Shown here piece after piece: positions 46,843 to 58,393 of a stretch of DNA of 64,000 bases (positions are counted from its first letter, which is position 1; every line of letters starts with the position of its first letter). Position numbers and translations under genes: made by a program. Under the pieces are notes generated by a model. It had not been told where the DNA came from. It ran no database searches and saw only the letters and a program-made list of their open reading frames with translations. This DNA is from Dehalococcoidia bacterium. GTDB taxonomy: Bacteria; Chloroflexota; Dehalococcoidia; Lucifugimonadales; Australimonadaceae. The stretch spans positions 258,822-322,821 of the forward strand of contig OZ242210.1 in the NCBI GenBank assembly GCA_965206315.1. Reading direction: 5' to 3'.

Positions 46843-47063
46843 CGGCCCGCCCCATCCGCCTGGACCTGCACGGGGTACAGGCAAGCCGCAGGCCGACGTA
46901 CCACCGAACACTGTTAGTGGGATTAGGCGATGGATGTGGTAAAGTTGCGCAAGGATGGCGCATCCCGTTGAGCATCCGCCCCGAGTGCGATGCGCCATGA
47001 TTCGGGTAAGGCCGCTATCGGCGCGCTCCCCGCATCATCATGACATACACGGAGGGAGAGCAC

Positions 47064-48575
47064 ATGTATGACGTGCTCGTCGTTGGCGGCGGGATAGCCG
47101 GGCTCCGCGCCGCGGAAGCGGCGAAGGGAGCAGGCGCGTCGGTCGCGCTGATTACCCAGTCGCACCCCACCCGCAGTTACTCGGTTACCGTGCAGGACGG
47201 CATCAACGCGCCGGAAAGCCCGGAGGGGCGTGACAGCCACGTCAGCGAAACGCTGGCAGCGGGCGCGGGACTGAACGTCGCATCGGTGGTCGAGAGCGTC
47301 TGCCGCGAGGCGGCGGGCCTCGTCGAGGAGCTCGACCGGATGGGCGTGCCCTTCAACCGCGTCGGCTCCGTCATAGACCGGGCCAGCGTCTCCGGCGACG
47401 GTAGCTCCCGGACTGTCTACGTCAACGACATAACCGGCCTCGCGGTCACACAGACCCTGTGGGAGCAGGCCATCGGCGCCGGCGTGGACATCTACGAAGA
47501 GTGGATCGTCCTCTCGCTGGTCATAGAGAACGGAGAATGTGCGGGAGTCGTCGCGCTCCAACTCGCCACCGGTGAGGTGGAGCCCTTCCGTGCGAAGGGC
47601 GTCGTGCTCGCGACCGGCGGGCCGCGCCGCGCATTCGAACCCAGCACTGCATCCCTGCTTTGCAGCGGCTCCGGCATCGCGCTGGCGTACAGGGCCGGTG
47701 CAGCGCTCGCGGACATGGAGTTCGTCCAGTACTACCCCGCGGTGCTGAACGGCAGCCACCTCGCCCTCTCCCCGCTCCTGCTTGGAGCTGGCGCGGCACT
47801 GGAGGATGGCAACCTCCGGCTCAACGGCGCTCTGGACGACGCGCAGGTGGAGGCCCGGTTCCCCGACACGCTGCACCGCGTGGAAGCGCTCTCTGGCGTC
47901 AACATGCTCAGGGAGCCCGCGCCGGTGCATTCCGCGATGTCCCGGCTGCTCGGCGGCATCGACGTAACGGTGCAGGGGGAGTCGTCTCTGGCAGGGCTCT
48001 TCGCGGCCGGTGAGTGTGCGGGCAACGGTTTCCACGGCGCGCAGGGGTTGGACGGCAACTTCCTCCTCGCGTCGATCGCCTCCGGCAAGAGTGCCGGGCT
48101 GGCGGCAGCGGCGCAGGTACGCCCGTTCGGCGACAGCGCGGTTGGCGAGCAGGCCGCGGGCGCTGTGCGCTCGGAGTTGGACGCCGCGCTGGGCCGTCCC
48201 GGCGGCGCGCCCGTCGCCGCCCTGCGAAGCGAGCTTGCTTCGCTCATGCATGAGAAGGTCGGCGAGAGCCGCAACGCCGGTGGCCTGAACGAGGCCCTCC
48301 AGCGCATCCGGGCGATGCGCGAGGAGCACGCCCAACTCGGCGCGGGCTCCAGTGCCCGCGACTACAACTTCGGTCTCGTCCAGTACCTCGAACTGGGAGC
48401 GCTGCTGGACGTCGCGGAAGCCATCGCCGTCAGCGCCTCGGAGCGCACCGAGAGCCGTGGCGTACACCAACGGACCGACCACCCGAAACAGGACGACGCT
48501 CAGAGCACCCGCCTCCAAGTCACGAAGGGCGAGAGTGGAGCGCAGGTGAGCAGGGAGACCACGCCCGCCTCGTAG
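47064..48575 (+). CDS. fumarate reductase/succinate dehydrogenase-type flavoprotein, non-covalent-FAD variant
   Basis: YDVLVVGGGIAGLRAAEAA dinucleotide fold. The FAD-histidyl site reads HPTRSYSVTVQDGINA (Tyr where SdhA/FrdA have His). GGAGGGA SD before the ATG at 47064. Confidence 0.85.
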   Translation: MYDVLVVGGGIAGLRAAEAAKGAGASVALITQSHPTRSYSVTVQDGINAPESPEGRDSHVSETLAAGAGLNVASVVESVCREAAGLVEELDRMGVPFNRVGSVIDRASVSGDGSSRTVYVNDITGLAVTQTLWEQAIGAGVDIYEEWIVLSLVIENGECAGVVALQLATGEVEPFRAKGVVLATGGPRRAFEPSTASLLCSGSGIALAYRAGAALADMEFVQYYPAVLNGSHLALSPLLLGAGAALEDGNLRLNGALDDAQVEARFPDTLHRVEALSGVNMLREPAPVHSAMSRLLGGIDVTVQGESSLAGLFAAGECAGNGFHGAQGLDGNFLLASIASGKSAGLAAAAQVRPFGDSAVGEQAAGAVRSELDAALGRPGGAPVAALRSELASLMHEKVGESRNAGGLNEALQRIRAMREEHAQLGAGSSARDYNFGLVQYLELGALLDVAEAIAVSASERTESRGVHQRTDHPKQDDAQSTRLQVTKGESGAQVSRETTPAS

Positions 48576-48615
48576 GGGCGTAGCGAGCGGAGATCCGCAG
48601 AGAGGAGACGCGCAG

Positions 48616-49581
48616 ATGGAGATCACCTTCAAGTTCCAGCGCGGAGGCACGCGGGCACAGCCCGAGTACGTCGACTACCAGATAGACGTGCCGCCTGAGA
48701 TGACCGTCTTCGACGCGCTCGTGGCCGTGCGCGAGACCCAGGACGGCACGCTCGCGTTCCGGGGCAACTGTTCCGTCGGCTTCTGCGGCGACTGCACCCT
48801 GAGCGTCAACGGCGCGCAGAAGGTCACCTGCCTCGTCACCGTCGGCAAGACGCAGAAGGACGGCGTCATCACCGTCCAGCCCATCCGGTACGCGCCGGTG
48901 GAGAAAGACGTGATGCACGACATGCGGAAGTTCCTCTGGGACAAGGTGGACGTCTTCGCCAAGGGCGTCGTTCCCAACGGCGGCCACCCGGTTACGGACG
49001 AGGAACTGCGTCCCGTCCGTAAGGCGATGCGCTGCACCACCTGCGGTCTCTGTGACGAGGGGTGCACGGTGATCGACGTGAACCTCGACTTCTACGGCCC
49101 TGCCGCTCTCACCAAGCTTTACCGCTTCGCGTTCGACCCCCGCGACGGCATCACCGCCGAGCGGCTGCGACAGGGCAGCGAGATCCACGGCATCTGGGAC
49201 TGCGTGCACTGCTGGGAGGCGACCGAGCACTGCCCGTTCGGCCTCGAGCCCACCCACCTCATCATGGACACGCGGGACCGCGCCATCGCGCACGGCATCA
49301 AGTCCGGCTACGGCAACAAGATGCTGGAGCGCCACTACGACGCGTTCGAGGAGTCCATCTCCCGCAAGGGCTGGCTCGACGAGCGCTCCGTCGCACTGCA
49401 GACCTACGGCGGCCTCATCAAAGGCGGAATCAAGACGCTCCCGCTCGGCCTTCGCGCCCTCCGGAAGGGGAAGGCAACCCTGAAACCCCACTACAAGCGG
49501 CCGGGCGCTGACCGGATACGCAAGATATTTGACCGATACAACCGCTCCAACGCGGGTCTGCGAAAGGAGAAGCAGCGATGA
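48616..49581 (+). CDS. succinate dehydrogenase/fumarate reductase iron-sulfur subunit-like protein
   Basis: 2Fe-2S motif CSVGFCGDCTLSVNGAQKVTC, then CTTCGLCDEGC and CVHCWEATEHCP cluster motifs. 321 aa, longer than classical SdhB. Confidence 0.85.
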   Translation: MEITFKFQRGGTRAQPEYVDYQIDVPPEMTVFDALVAVRETQDGTLAFRGNCSVGFCGDCTLSVNGAQKVTCLVTVGKTQKDGVITVQPIRYAPVEKDVMHDMRKFLWDKVDVFAKGVVPNGGHPVTDEELRPVRKAMRCTTCGLCDEGCTVIDVNLDFYGPAALTKLYRFAFDPRDGITAERLRQGSEIHGIWDCVHCWEATEHCPFGLEPTHLIMDTRDRAIAHGIKSGYGNKMLERHYDAFEESISRKGWLDERSVALQTYGGLIKGGIKTLPLGLRALRKGKATLKPHYKRPGADRIRKIFDRYNRSNAGLRKEKQR

Positions 49582-50471
49582 GCCACCGGTTCGCCTTCTA
49601 CCCCGGATGCGTTGCCAAGGGCTTCTGCCCCGAACTCTACGAATCGTTCGTGCGGGTCGCAGCCGAGTTCGACATCGAAGTTGAGGAGTTAAAGGACGTC
49701 GGCTGCAGTGGCGCGGGACTGATTCCGGCCGAGATATGCGACCCCATCAACGCCCGCACGCTAGCCAAGGCGGAGGCCATGGGCCTCCCGCTGCTCACCA
49801 TCTGCAGCACCTGCCAGGGCGTCATCGGCGGGAGCGCGCTCCGGCTGACAGACCCGGCTTACCGCGCCCGCATCAACCGCGAGCACCTGGCCGATGAGGG
49901 GCTCGAATACCAGGGCACAACCGACGTGAAGCACTTCCTCTGGGCGCTCGTCGAAGACGTGGGACTGGACGTCGTCCAGAGCAAGATCAAGCGTCCGTTG
50001 GATGGCCTCGGCTTCTCCCCCTTCTACGGCTGCTATCTCCGCCGCCCGATAGACGTCATCCAGCGGCCCGAGCGCAAGCTCTACCTGGAGCAGGTCACCG
50101 AGGCGCTCGGCGGCACCAACGTGGACATCAGCGGCAAGGGCAAGTGCTGCGGCTTCCCGTCGCTCACCGCCAACGAGGAGAACGCCTTCGCCATGACCGC
50201 GAAGCACCTCGGTGAAGCGGTCGACAAGGGCGCCGACGCCATGGTGTTGCCCTGCCCGCTCTGCCACCTGGAGATGGACGGCGAGCAGAGTGCGGTGGAG
50301 AAGGCCACAGGCCGCCGTTTCGACCTGCCCATCCTCCACCTGCCGCAGGTCGTTGGCCTCGCCATAGGCCTGGAGCCCAAGGAACTGGGCCTCTCCCGGC
50401 ACATGATCTCCACCAAGAAGTTCGTCGCGCAGCTCCAGCCTGTCGGCTCCCTCGTTGGAGCAGCCGGCTGA
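49578..50471 (+). CDS. HdrB/SdhE-like protein with two CCG-type cysteine-rich domains
   Basis: FYPGC...GCSGAG...CSTCQG (degenerate first CCG domain) and FYGC...GKCCGFP...CPLCH (intact second). Its start overlaps the FeS gene stop (ATGA). Confidence 0.85.
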   Translation: MSHRFAFYPGCVAKGFCPELYESFVRVAAEFDIEVEELKDVGCSGAGLIPAEICDPINARTLAKAEAMGLPLLTICSTCQGVIGGSALRLTDPAYRARINREHLADEGLEYQGTTDVKHFLWALVEDVGLDVVQSKIKRPLDGLGFSPFYGCYLRRPIDVIQRPERKLYLEQVTEALGGTNVDISGKGKCCGFPSLTANEENAFAMTAKHLGEAVDKGADAMVLPCPLCHLEMDGEQSAVEKATGRRFDLPILHLPQVVGLAIGLEPKELGLSRHMISTKKFVAQLQPVGSLVGAAG

Positions 50472-50501
50472 CCGCCTGCTGCGTCAGATGAAACGTTGCC
50501 T

Positions 50502-50532
50502 CTGCAGGCTGCCTGCTTCAGGCAGCCCGCAG
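50502..50532 (+). terminator. GC-rich hairpin after the frd/sdh-like operon (no U-tract)
   Basis: CTGCAGGCTGCCTG-ctt-CAGGCAGCCCGCAG: 14-bp stem with one mismatch, 31 nt after the stop. Confidence 0.4.
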
Positions 50533-50591
50533 GCATGAGGCGCACGCCTGTCCGCTTACCGCGCCGCCCCTGTCTCGGTTAATATACCCTC

Positions 50592-51302
50592 ATGGCTGGC
50601 GCTAACCCCTTCTCGGTCAACAACACGCGTATACGCAGACTCACCGTCGACGGCGAACCACTCGTCGAGAAGACGATCAACCGCAACGCGCCGCTGTCCG
50701 TATCTTCCGCCGAACTCAAGGCGGAGATGGACACGTACCGCGAGCAACTGACCGCTGCGGGCGTTCCGATGCCGCGCGTCGCCGAGAGTCACGTCACGGA
50801 CGGCACCATCGTCTACCTCTGCGAGGATGGTGGTCCCAACCTGGTCGAGCGGTACGAACAGCCCGACCTGCTCACGGATGGCCACGCGGACGTGCTGGCG
50901 AGCGCCATCGGTATCATCAAACGCGCCATCGACGCCGGGCTCGCCATCGACCCGCACATCAAGAACTTCGTAGGGGAGGATGCCGACCTCACCTACGTAG
51001 ACTTCTCGCCGCCGCTGACCATGGCCTACGTCGAGGCGCGTTGTGCGGTCGCCAAAGACACCGAACGGGACATCCTGCGGGAGAACTTCGCCTATTTCAC
51101 GCCGTACTTCCTCCCCTACCACTTCGCCGGGGACTTCCTGAACGTCGACTCCTCGGCAGACAGGCTCTTCCCCGCTCTCCACGCACTGCTGACGGATACC
51201 GGACTCCTCTCCGGCATCCCGCTGGCTGAGTTCGTCTCCCAGGCCAGGGCCATCCGCGCACTGGAAGACCGCCGCCTGCGAGAACACATCTATCTGATCT
51301 AG
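50592..51302 (+). CDS. hypothetical protein with protein-kinase-like/aminoglycoside-phosphotransferase-like motifs
   Basis: 236 aa. IDPHIKNF (HxDxxxxN-like catalytic loop) and YVDFSPP (DFG-like). TAATAT at 50580-50585 lies 6 nt before the ATG, with no SD. Confidence 0.55.
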   Translation: MAGANPFSVNNTRIRRLTVDGEPLVEKTINRNAPLSVSSAELKAEMDTYREQLTAAGVPMPRVAESHVTDGTIVYLCEDGGPNLVERYEQPDLLTDGHADVLASAIGIIKRAIDAGLAIDPHIKNFVGEDADLTYVDFSPPLTMAYVEARCAVAKDTERDILRENFAYFTPYFLPYHFAGDFLNVDSSADRLFPALHALLTDTGLLSGIPLAEFVSQARAIRALEDRRLREHIYLI

Positions 51303-51375
51303 CCTGCGCAACCGTCTGCCGGCGAGGGCCCTCCGGGTATCTTGAACGCGGCGCTCACACCGGAGGGAGGCACCT

Positions 51376-52245
51376 ATCGACCCGCTGAACGGCATCTTCT
51401 GGGGCAGCCTCGGCCTTCTCTCCTGGGGCTTCGCCGACTATCTCGCGCGGTCGGTCGCGGTCCGCGTCGGAAGCATGAGCACCGCCGTCCTCATCCAGGT
51501 GCTGGGGCTAGTGCTGCCGCTGCCGTTCGTACTGGCCGGACTCGCCGCGAACGGGCTCGATGCAGATTGGGGTGCAGTCGCGGTCTGGGCGCCGCTAGGC
51601 GCCGCGTGCCTCGGCCTCGCCTATCTCGCCTACTACACGGGCCTGCACCGTGGCTCCGTGTCCGTGGTCACGAGCGCGGCATCGGCCTGGCTTGCGGTGA
51701 CAGTCGCCGTGACCGTGCTCTTCTTCGGAGAGCGCATCTCGCCGCTGCAGATCGTCCTCATGGGCGCCGTACTCGGAGGCATCCTCATGCTCTCCGCGCA
51801 GCCGTCCACGCGCTCCGGGGGAAGCGCCGGACTGCTGTGGGGTCTCAGCGCAATGTTCGGACTCGGACTCGCGCTCGCCCTTCTGGACCGCGTCACCGAA
51901 GCATCCGATCCGATGCTCGCCGTGCTCATCGTGCGGGCGCTCTCCATCATCCCGGCGTATCTCTTCACCCGGTCGCGCGGCGAGGTCATCCGGCTGCCGC
52001 GGGGATGGGACGGCAAACGCCTGCTGCTGGCGGCGGCGCTGCTGGACTCGGGAGGCTACGTCGGCTACAACCTGGGCGTCGATGCAGCGCCCGTAGCCGT
52101 CGTCGCGCCGATCACGGCGGCGCACCCCGTCGTGACGATCGCGCTGGCCATCGTGCTGCTGCGCGAGCGACCGCGCTCGCTGCAGTGGGCTGGGGCGGGC
52201 GTCACTGTAGCGGCGGTGATTGCGCTGAGCGCGGTCGCGGCGTAG
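51376..52245 (+). CDS. EamA/DMT-family transporter; probable non-canonical (ATC or CTG) start
   Basis: The first ATG (51475) would delete TM1 (GIFWGSLGLLSWGFADYLARSVAV), which is in frame upstream. GGAGGGAGG at 51362-51370 sits 5 nt before ATC 51376. There is no ATG, GTG or TTG in the open upstream frame. Confidence 0.65.
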   Translation: MDPLNGIFWGSLGLLSWGFADYLARSVAVRVGSMSTAVLIQVLGLVLPLPFVLAGLAANGLDADWGAVAVWAPLGAACLGLAYLAYYTGLHRGSVSVVTSAASAWLAVTVAVTVLFFGERISPLQIVLMGAVLGGILMLSAQPSTRSGGSAGLLWGLSAMFGLGLALALLDRVTEASDPMLAVLIVRALSIIPAYLFTRSRGEVIRLPRGWDGKRLLLAAALLDSGGYVGYNLGVDAAPVAVVAPITAAHPVVTIALAIVLLRERPRSLQWAGAGVTVAAVIALSAVAA

Positions 52246-52321
52246 CCAACCCGCACGAAACCTGCCCCATAGTCCTGAGCAAGGTACAATCCCCGTCTAC
52301 CATCTACTCGGAGGCAGGACG

Positions 52322-52636
52322 ATGCTCGTTCTCGTAGTGAGTGTGAAAGTGAAGCCGGGGCGCGCGGACGACTACATAGCCGCGGTCCAGGCGGACGGGG
52401 AAGGAACGCATGCGAACGAGGAGGGGAACTTCCAGTTCAGCTGCGTCCGCGACCAGAACGATCCCGACCGCTTCTTCCTGTTCGAGGTGTACAAGGACGA
52501 GGCGGCGCTGGAGGCGCATCGCGGCATGCCGCACTTCCTGAAGTACCGCGAGGCGACCGCGGATATCTACGCCGAAGAGACCGTGCGCCACATGTGCACC
52601 AATGTCTTTCCTCCCGACTCCTGGTGGACGTCCTGA
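52322..52636 (+). CDS. antibiotic-biosynthesis-monooxygenase (ABM) domain protein
   Basis: 104 aa. Ferredoxin-like ABM pattern: LVVSVKVKPGRADDY...FFLFEVYKDEAALEAHRGMPHF. Confidence 0.85.
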   Translation: MLVLVVSVKVKPGRADDYIAAVQADGEGTHANEEGNFQFSCVRDQNDPDRFFLFEVYKDEAALEAHRGMPHFLKYREATADIYAEETVRHMCTNVFPPDSWWTS

Positions 52637-53888
52637 ATCGCTCGTGAGGCCTGAGCGCTGGCCGTTCTTCTACGGCTGGGTCATAGTCGGGGTTGCATTC
52701 GTCTCCTCCGGCATCGGTTCCGGAGCGGCGATCTGGGGACCGAGTGTCCTGCTCCTCCCGATGACCGGAGAGCTCGGCTGGTCACGGGCTGAGTTCTTCT
52801 CGGCGTTCCTGGTTCGAGAACTGATCATCGGCCTCGCGGCGCCGCTGGTCGGGCCGCTGTACGACACCAAACATGGGCCGCGCGTGCTTGCGCTGGTGGG
52901 CGCGGTGCTGCTCGGTCTGTCGATGGCGCTCATCCAGAACATCACGGAACTGTGGCAGTTCATCGCCCTCTTTGGCGTGCTGGGCGGGATAGCAGAGCTG
53001 GGAGGCGGTTTCTTCATCTCCCAGGCGCTGGTGCCCAAATGGTTCATCCGGAAACGCGGGCGTGCGCTCGGCATCTCGATCATGGGCGTCGGACTGGGAG
53101 CCCTCGTCTTCCCTACCGCCATCTCCATGCTCATCGAGGCCGTGGGCTGGCGTGAGGCATGGATGTGGTTCGGTGTGGGCATCGGCAGCATCGCGTTCGT
53201 TCTTGCGTTGCTCCTCCGCACCACGCCGGAAGACGCAGGGCTGCTGCCTGATGGGAGTACGATCCGCAGAGGCGAACAAGGCGAAGCCCCGCTAGCCGCT
53301 GAAGAACGTTCGTTGACACGGAGAGAGGCGGTGCGGACACCGGCATTCTGGCTGCTGCTTGCGGCATTCAGTCTGGTCGGGCTCGGCATCACCGGTTTCC
53401 AGAGCAACTGGCACCCTTTTCTCGTGGAGAGCGGGTTCGGGCCTGCAGAGGCATCGTTCGGTATCGCCATATACGGACTCGTGTCAGGGCTGGTGCGGCC
53501 CGGCTGGGGGCTGCTCGGCGAGCGCTACCCGGCCCGCTATCTCCTGGGAGGTGTCTCCGTCGCAACCGCCGTGCTCATCATGGTCTTTCTGAACGTGCAG
53601 GGGATGGCTGCGCTCATACCCGTCATGTTCATGGCCGGGTTCATCATGGGCGGGTACCTCATCCTGCGTGCTCTGCTGACCGCCAACTACTTCGGCAGAG
53701 CGCACCTCGGTGCGGTGAACAGCCTCTTCAGGCCAATCGTCATGGGCACGGGCGCGGCGGGGCCGATCCTGTTCGGCGCGCTCTACGACCTGCAGGGCGG
53801 CTATGCGCTCGCATTCCTCGCCGCCGCTCTGGCATGGGGAGCATCGGGCGTTATCGTGCTGTTGGCAAAGCCTCCCCACCCACGTTGA
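52602..53888 (+). CDS. MFS transporter
   Basis: 428 aa, about 12 TM helices, WPFFYGWVIVGVAFV N-terminus. The start is uncertain because it overlaps the ABM gene by 35 nt. Confidence 0.85.
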   Translation: MSFLPTPGGRPESLVRPERWPFFYGWVIVGVAFVSSGIGSGAAIWGPSVLLLPMTGELGWSRAEFFSAFLVRELIIGLAAPLVGPLYDTKHGPRVLALVGAVLLGLSMALIQNITELWQFIALFGVLGGIAELGGGFFISQALVPKWFIRKRGRALGISIMGVGLGALVFPTAISMLIEAVGWREAWMWFGVGIGSIAFVLALLLRTTPEDAGLLPDGSTIRRGEQGEAPLAAEERSLTRREAVRTPAFWLLLAAFSLVGLGITGFQSNWHPFLVESGFGPAEASFGIAIYGLVSGLVRPGWGLLGERYPARYLLGGVSVATAVLIMVFLNVQGMAALIPVMFMAGFIMGGYLILRALLTANYFGRAHLGAVNSLFRPIVMGTGAAGPILFGALYDLQGGYALAFLAAALAWGASGVIVLLAKPPHPR

Positions 53889-54057
53889 TCCGGCATGTCA
53901 CGGTGAAAGCACAGGCATTGCATGCAGGGTACACACTCCGAACAATAGCGTTCCATGTTCTAGAAAAGCCAAGATATTGTGCAAATATCGCGGTATGTGG
54001 TACTGTTAACCGACCGCAAATCCAAGCGGTTATCCGGCATCAGATGGAAGGCAACCC

Positions 54058-54231
54058 ATGCGCCCAGGACTCGTCTTCATCGGCCTCTTCGCTCTGCTTA
54101 TGGTCGTGTACTTCAGCTTCCAGAGCACGCTTGGCGCCGTGACGACCATCGTGCTCCAAGCAGCTATCGTACTCGCGCTCCTGGGCTCCGCGCTCTGGCT
54201 GCGGAAGCGGTTCTCGCCCCCTGAGAACTAA
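54058..54231 (+). CDS. possible small two-TM membrane protein (57 aa)
   Basis: My translation is MRPGLVFIGLFALLMVVYFSFQSTLGAVTTIVLQAAIVLALLGSALWLRKRFSPPEN. It is below the ORF-track size cutoff and has only a weak GGAAGG SD. Confidence 0.3.
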   Translation: MRPGLVFIGLFALLMVVYFSFQSTLGAVTTIVLQAAIVLALLGSALWLRKRFSPPEN

Positions 54232-54283
54232 CGCTCAAGCGCGGTTGGCGATTGCCCGTTCACTTCCATGAGTTCCCTCCTGT

Positions 54284-55762
<1,479 letters not shown>

Positions 55763-55820
55763 GGGGGAATTGTACCCGCGCTGTCTCTCAGCGCGCCGCC
55801 GCTCCCGACACGCTCTGCGC

Positions 55821-55826
55821 TATAAT
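55821..55826 (+). promoter_or_regulatory. -10 hexamer TATAAT 9 nt upstream of the gatB ATG (near-leaderless)
   Basis: tataat-cgaagcccc-ATG, with no SD. Confidence 0.4.
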
Positions 55827-55835
55827 CGAAGCCCC

Positions 55836-57314
<1,479 letters not shown>

Positions 57315-57323
57315 GGGGAGCAC

Positions 57324-57542
57324 TTGGGTACGTACATCAGTTTTGCAGTCATCATCGTGGTCGTGCTGCTCGTGGCGAGCATCCTCATGCAGGTGCGCGG
57401 CGCGGGGGGCGGCCTCTTCGGCGCAGGCTCCATCCAGTCCTACCGGACGCGGCGTGGGGTAGAGCGCACGCTCTTCCAGTTCACCATCGGGCTGGGCGTC
57501 ATCTTCGTCATCCTCGCAGTCCTCAACCTGACCATCACCTAG
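57324..57542 (+). CDS. secG: preprotein translocase subunit SecG
   Basis: 72 aa, two TM helices separated by QVRGAGGGLFGAG. TTG start with GGGGGAG SD. Confidence 0.85.
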   Translation: MGTYISFAVIIVVVLLVASILMQVRGAGGGLFGAGSIQSYRTRRGVERTLFQFTIGLGVIFVILAVLNLTIT

Positions 57543-58393
57543 CCCAGCGACGCGAAGTAGTCCTCCAGCCGCCGCTCACCGGCTACAGGCGCGACCATGT
57601 TCACCGCCGACTCCGAGATCCGGTAGACCGCCGAGTCGTACCCGTGCCGCCCCGTGAACCGCCTGAACGCGGCCCGCAACTGCGCCCGCCATAAGTGAGA
57701 GAAACGCACGTCCGCATCTCCTGCGGCGCGAGCGGCTATCTCCGCTATCTCCTCCCAGGTCAGCACTTCCGGCCCGCCGACGTCCACCTCCCCTTCCCGG
57801 CCTTCCAAGCCGTCGACGAGCGCTTTCGCCACGTCTGCCTCGTGGACGGGGTTCGTACGCGCCTGCCCCGTCCCAACCATCACCAGCTTCCCGCGCTTGC
57901 GTGCGCGCTCCACCAGCGGGGCGAGCCGTGCGAACGTGACGGTAGGCCGCACGATGAGGTGGTCGATGGAGGACAGGCGCATCGCGGCGGCGAACGACTC
58001 GTGCGCCCGGACATACTCCATCATGCCGAGGAAACGCCCACCGTACACGGAGACGTACCCGAACCGCCGCACGCCCGCTTCCTCAGCCTCACGCAGCAGG
58101 CTTCGATTGCCTCCATCGTCCACCGCGTGGAACGACTCGGCCTTGTAGGTGAAGATCTTCGACGCGAGGCTGGCGCCTGCGCACGAGACGACGGCGTCCG
58201 CGCCTGTGCACGACCCTTCCAGCGTCCGCGGGTTGAGCAGGTTGCCGACGAATATCTCCTCCGGCTCGGTGGTCAGGCGTGCGGGCTCGCGGACCAGCAC
58301 ACGAACGCGGGAGCCGCGGGACTGCAGTTCGTGCACGACCTCTGCACCGATGGCGCCGGTTGCGCCCGCGACCACGACGAGCGGAAAACTCAC
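57539..58393 (-). CDS. NAD(P)H-binding NmrA/atypical-SDR-like protein
   Basis: VVVAGATGAIGAEVVHEL Rossmann motif. The GTG start at 58391-58393 overlaps the upstream stop (GTGA). Confidence 0.8.
   Translation of the reverse strand: MSFPLVVVAGATGAIGAEVVHELQSRGSRVRVLVREPARLTTEPEEIFVGNLLNPRTLEGSCTGADAVVSCAGASLASKIFTYKAESFHAVDDGGNRSLLREAEEAGVRRFGYVSVYGGRFLGMMEYVRAHESFAAAMRLSSIDHLIVRPTVTFARLAPLVERARKRGKLVMVGTGQARTNPVHEADVAKALVDGLEGREGEVDVGGPEVLTWEEIAEIAARAAGDADVRFSHLWRAQLRAAFRRFTGRHGYDSAVYRISESAVNMVAPVAGERRLEDYFASLG

Noticed and set aside
46923-48650. 575-aa ORF on the minus strand opposite the flavoprotein gene
   Set aside because: Its Arg/Ala/Gly-rich composition is typical of antisense shadow ORFs in high-GC DNA. 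The plus-strand product has unambiguous FAD-flavoprotein motifs and an SD. There are no recognisable motifs on the minus strand.
51475-52245. Using the first ATG (51475) as the EamA start, and likewise the longest-ORF starts for gatB (55755), cysS (61405), the FAD oxidase (59988), the permeases (26868, 27386), phnD (28966), the glmS-downstream gene (32031) and pyk (46527)
   Set aside because: For EamA, the ATG truncates a conserved first TM helix. For the others, the longest ORFs overlap upstream genes or add Arg-rich junk before clearly conserved N-termini. Internal starts with SDs or 4-nt overlaps fit better.
53890-54057. AT-rich spacer after the MFS gene (containing ccaagat and atccaagc words) as a third copy of the dispersed repeat
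   Set aside because: None of the long conserved blocks of the 46534/62155 element are present (gtgacaNccgccccttacgcgg, atcgacagcg, GGAAGCAGGCC). Only short word similarity is seen.
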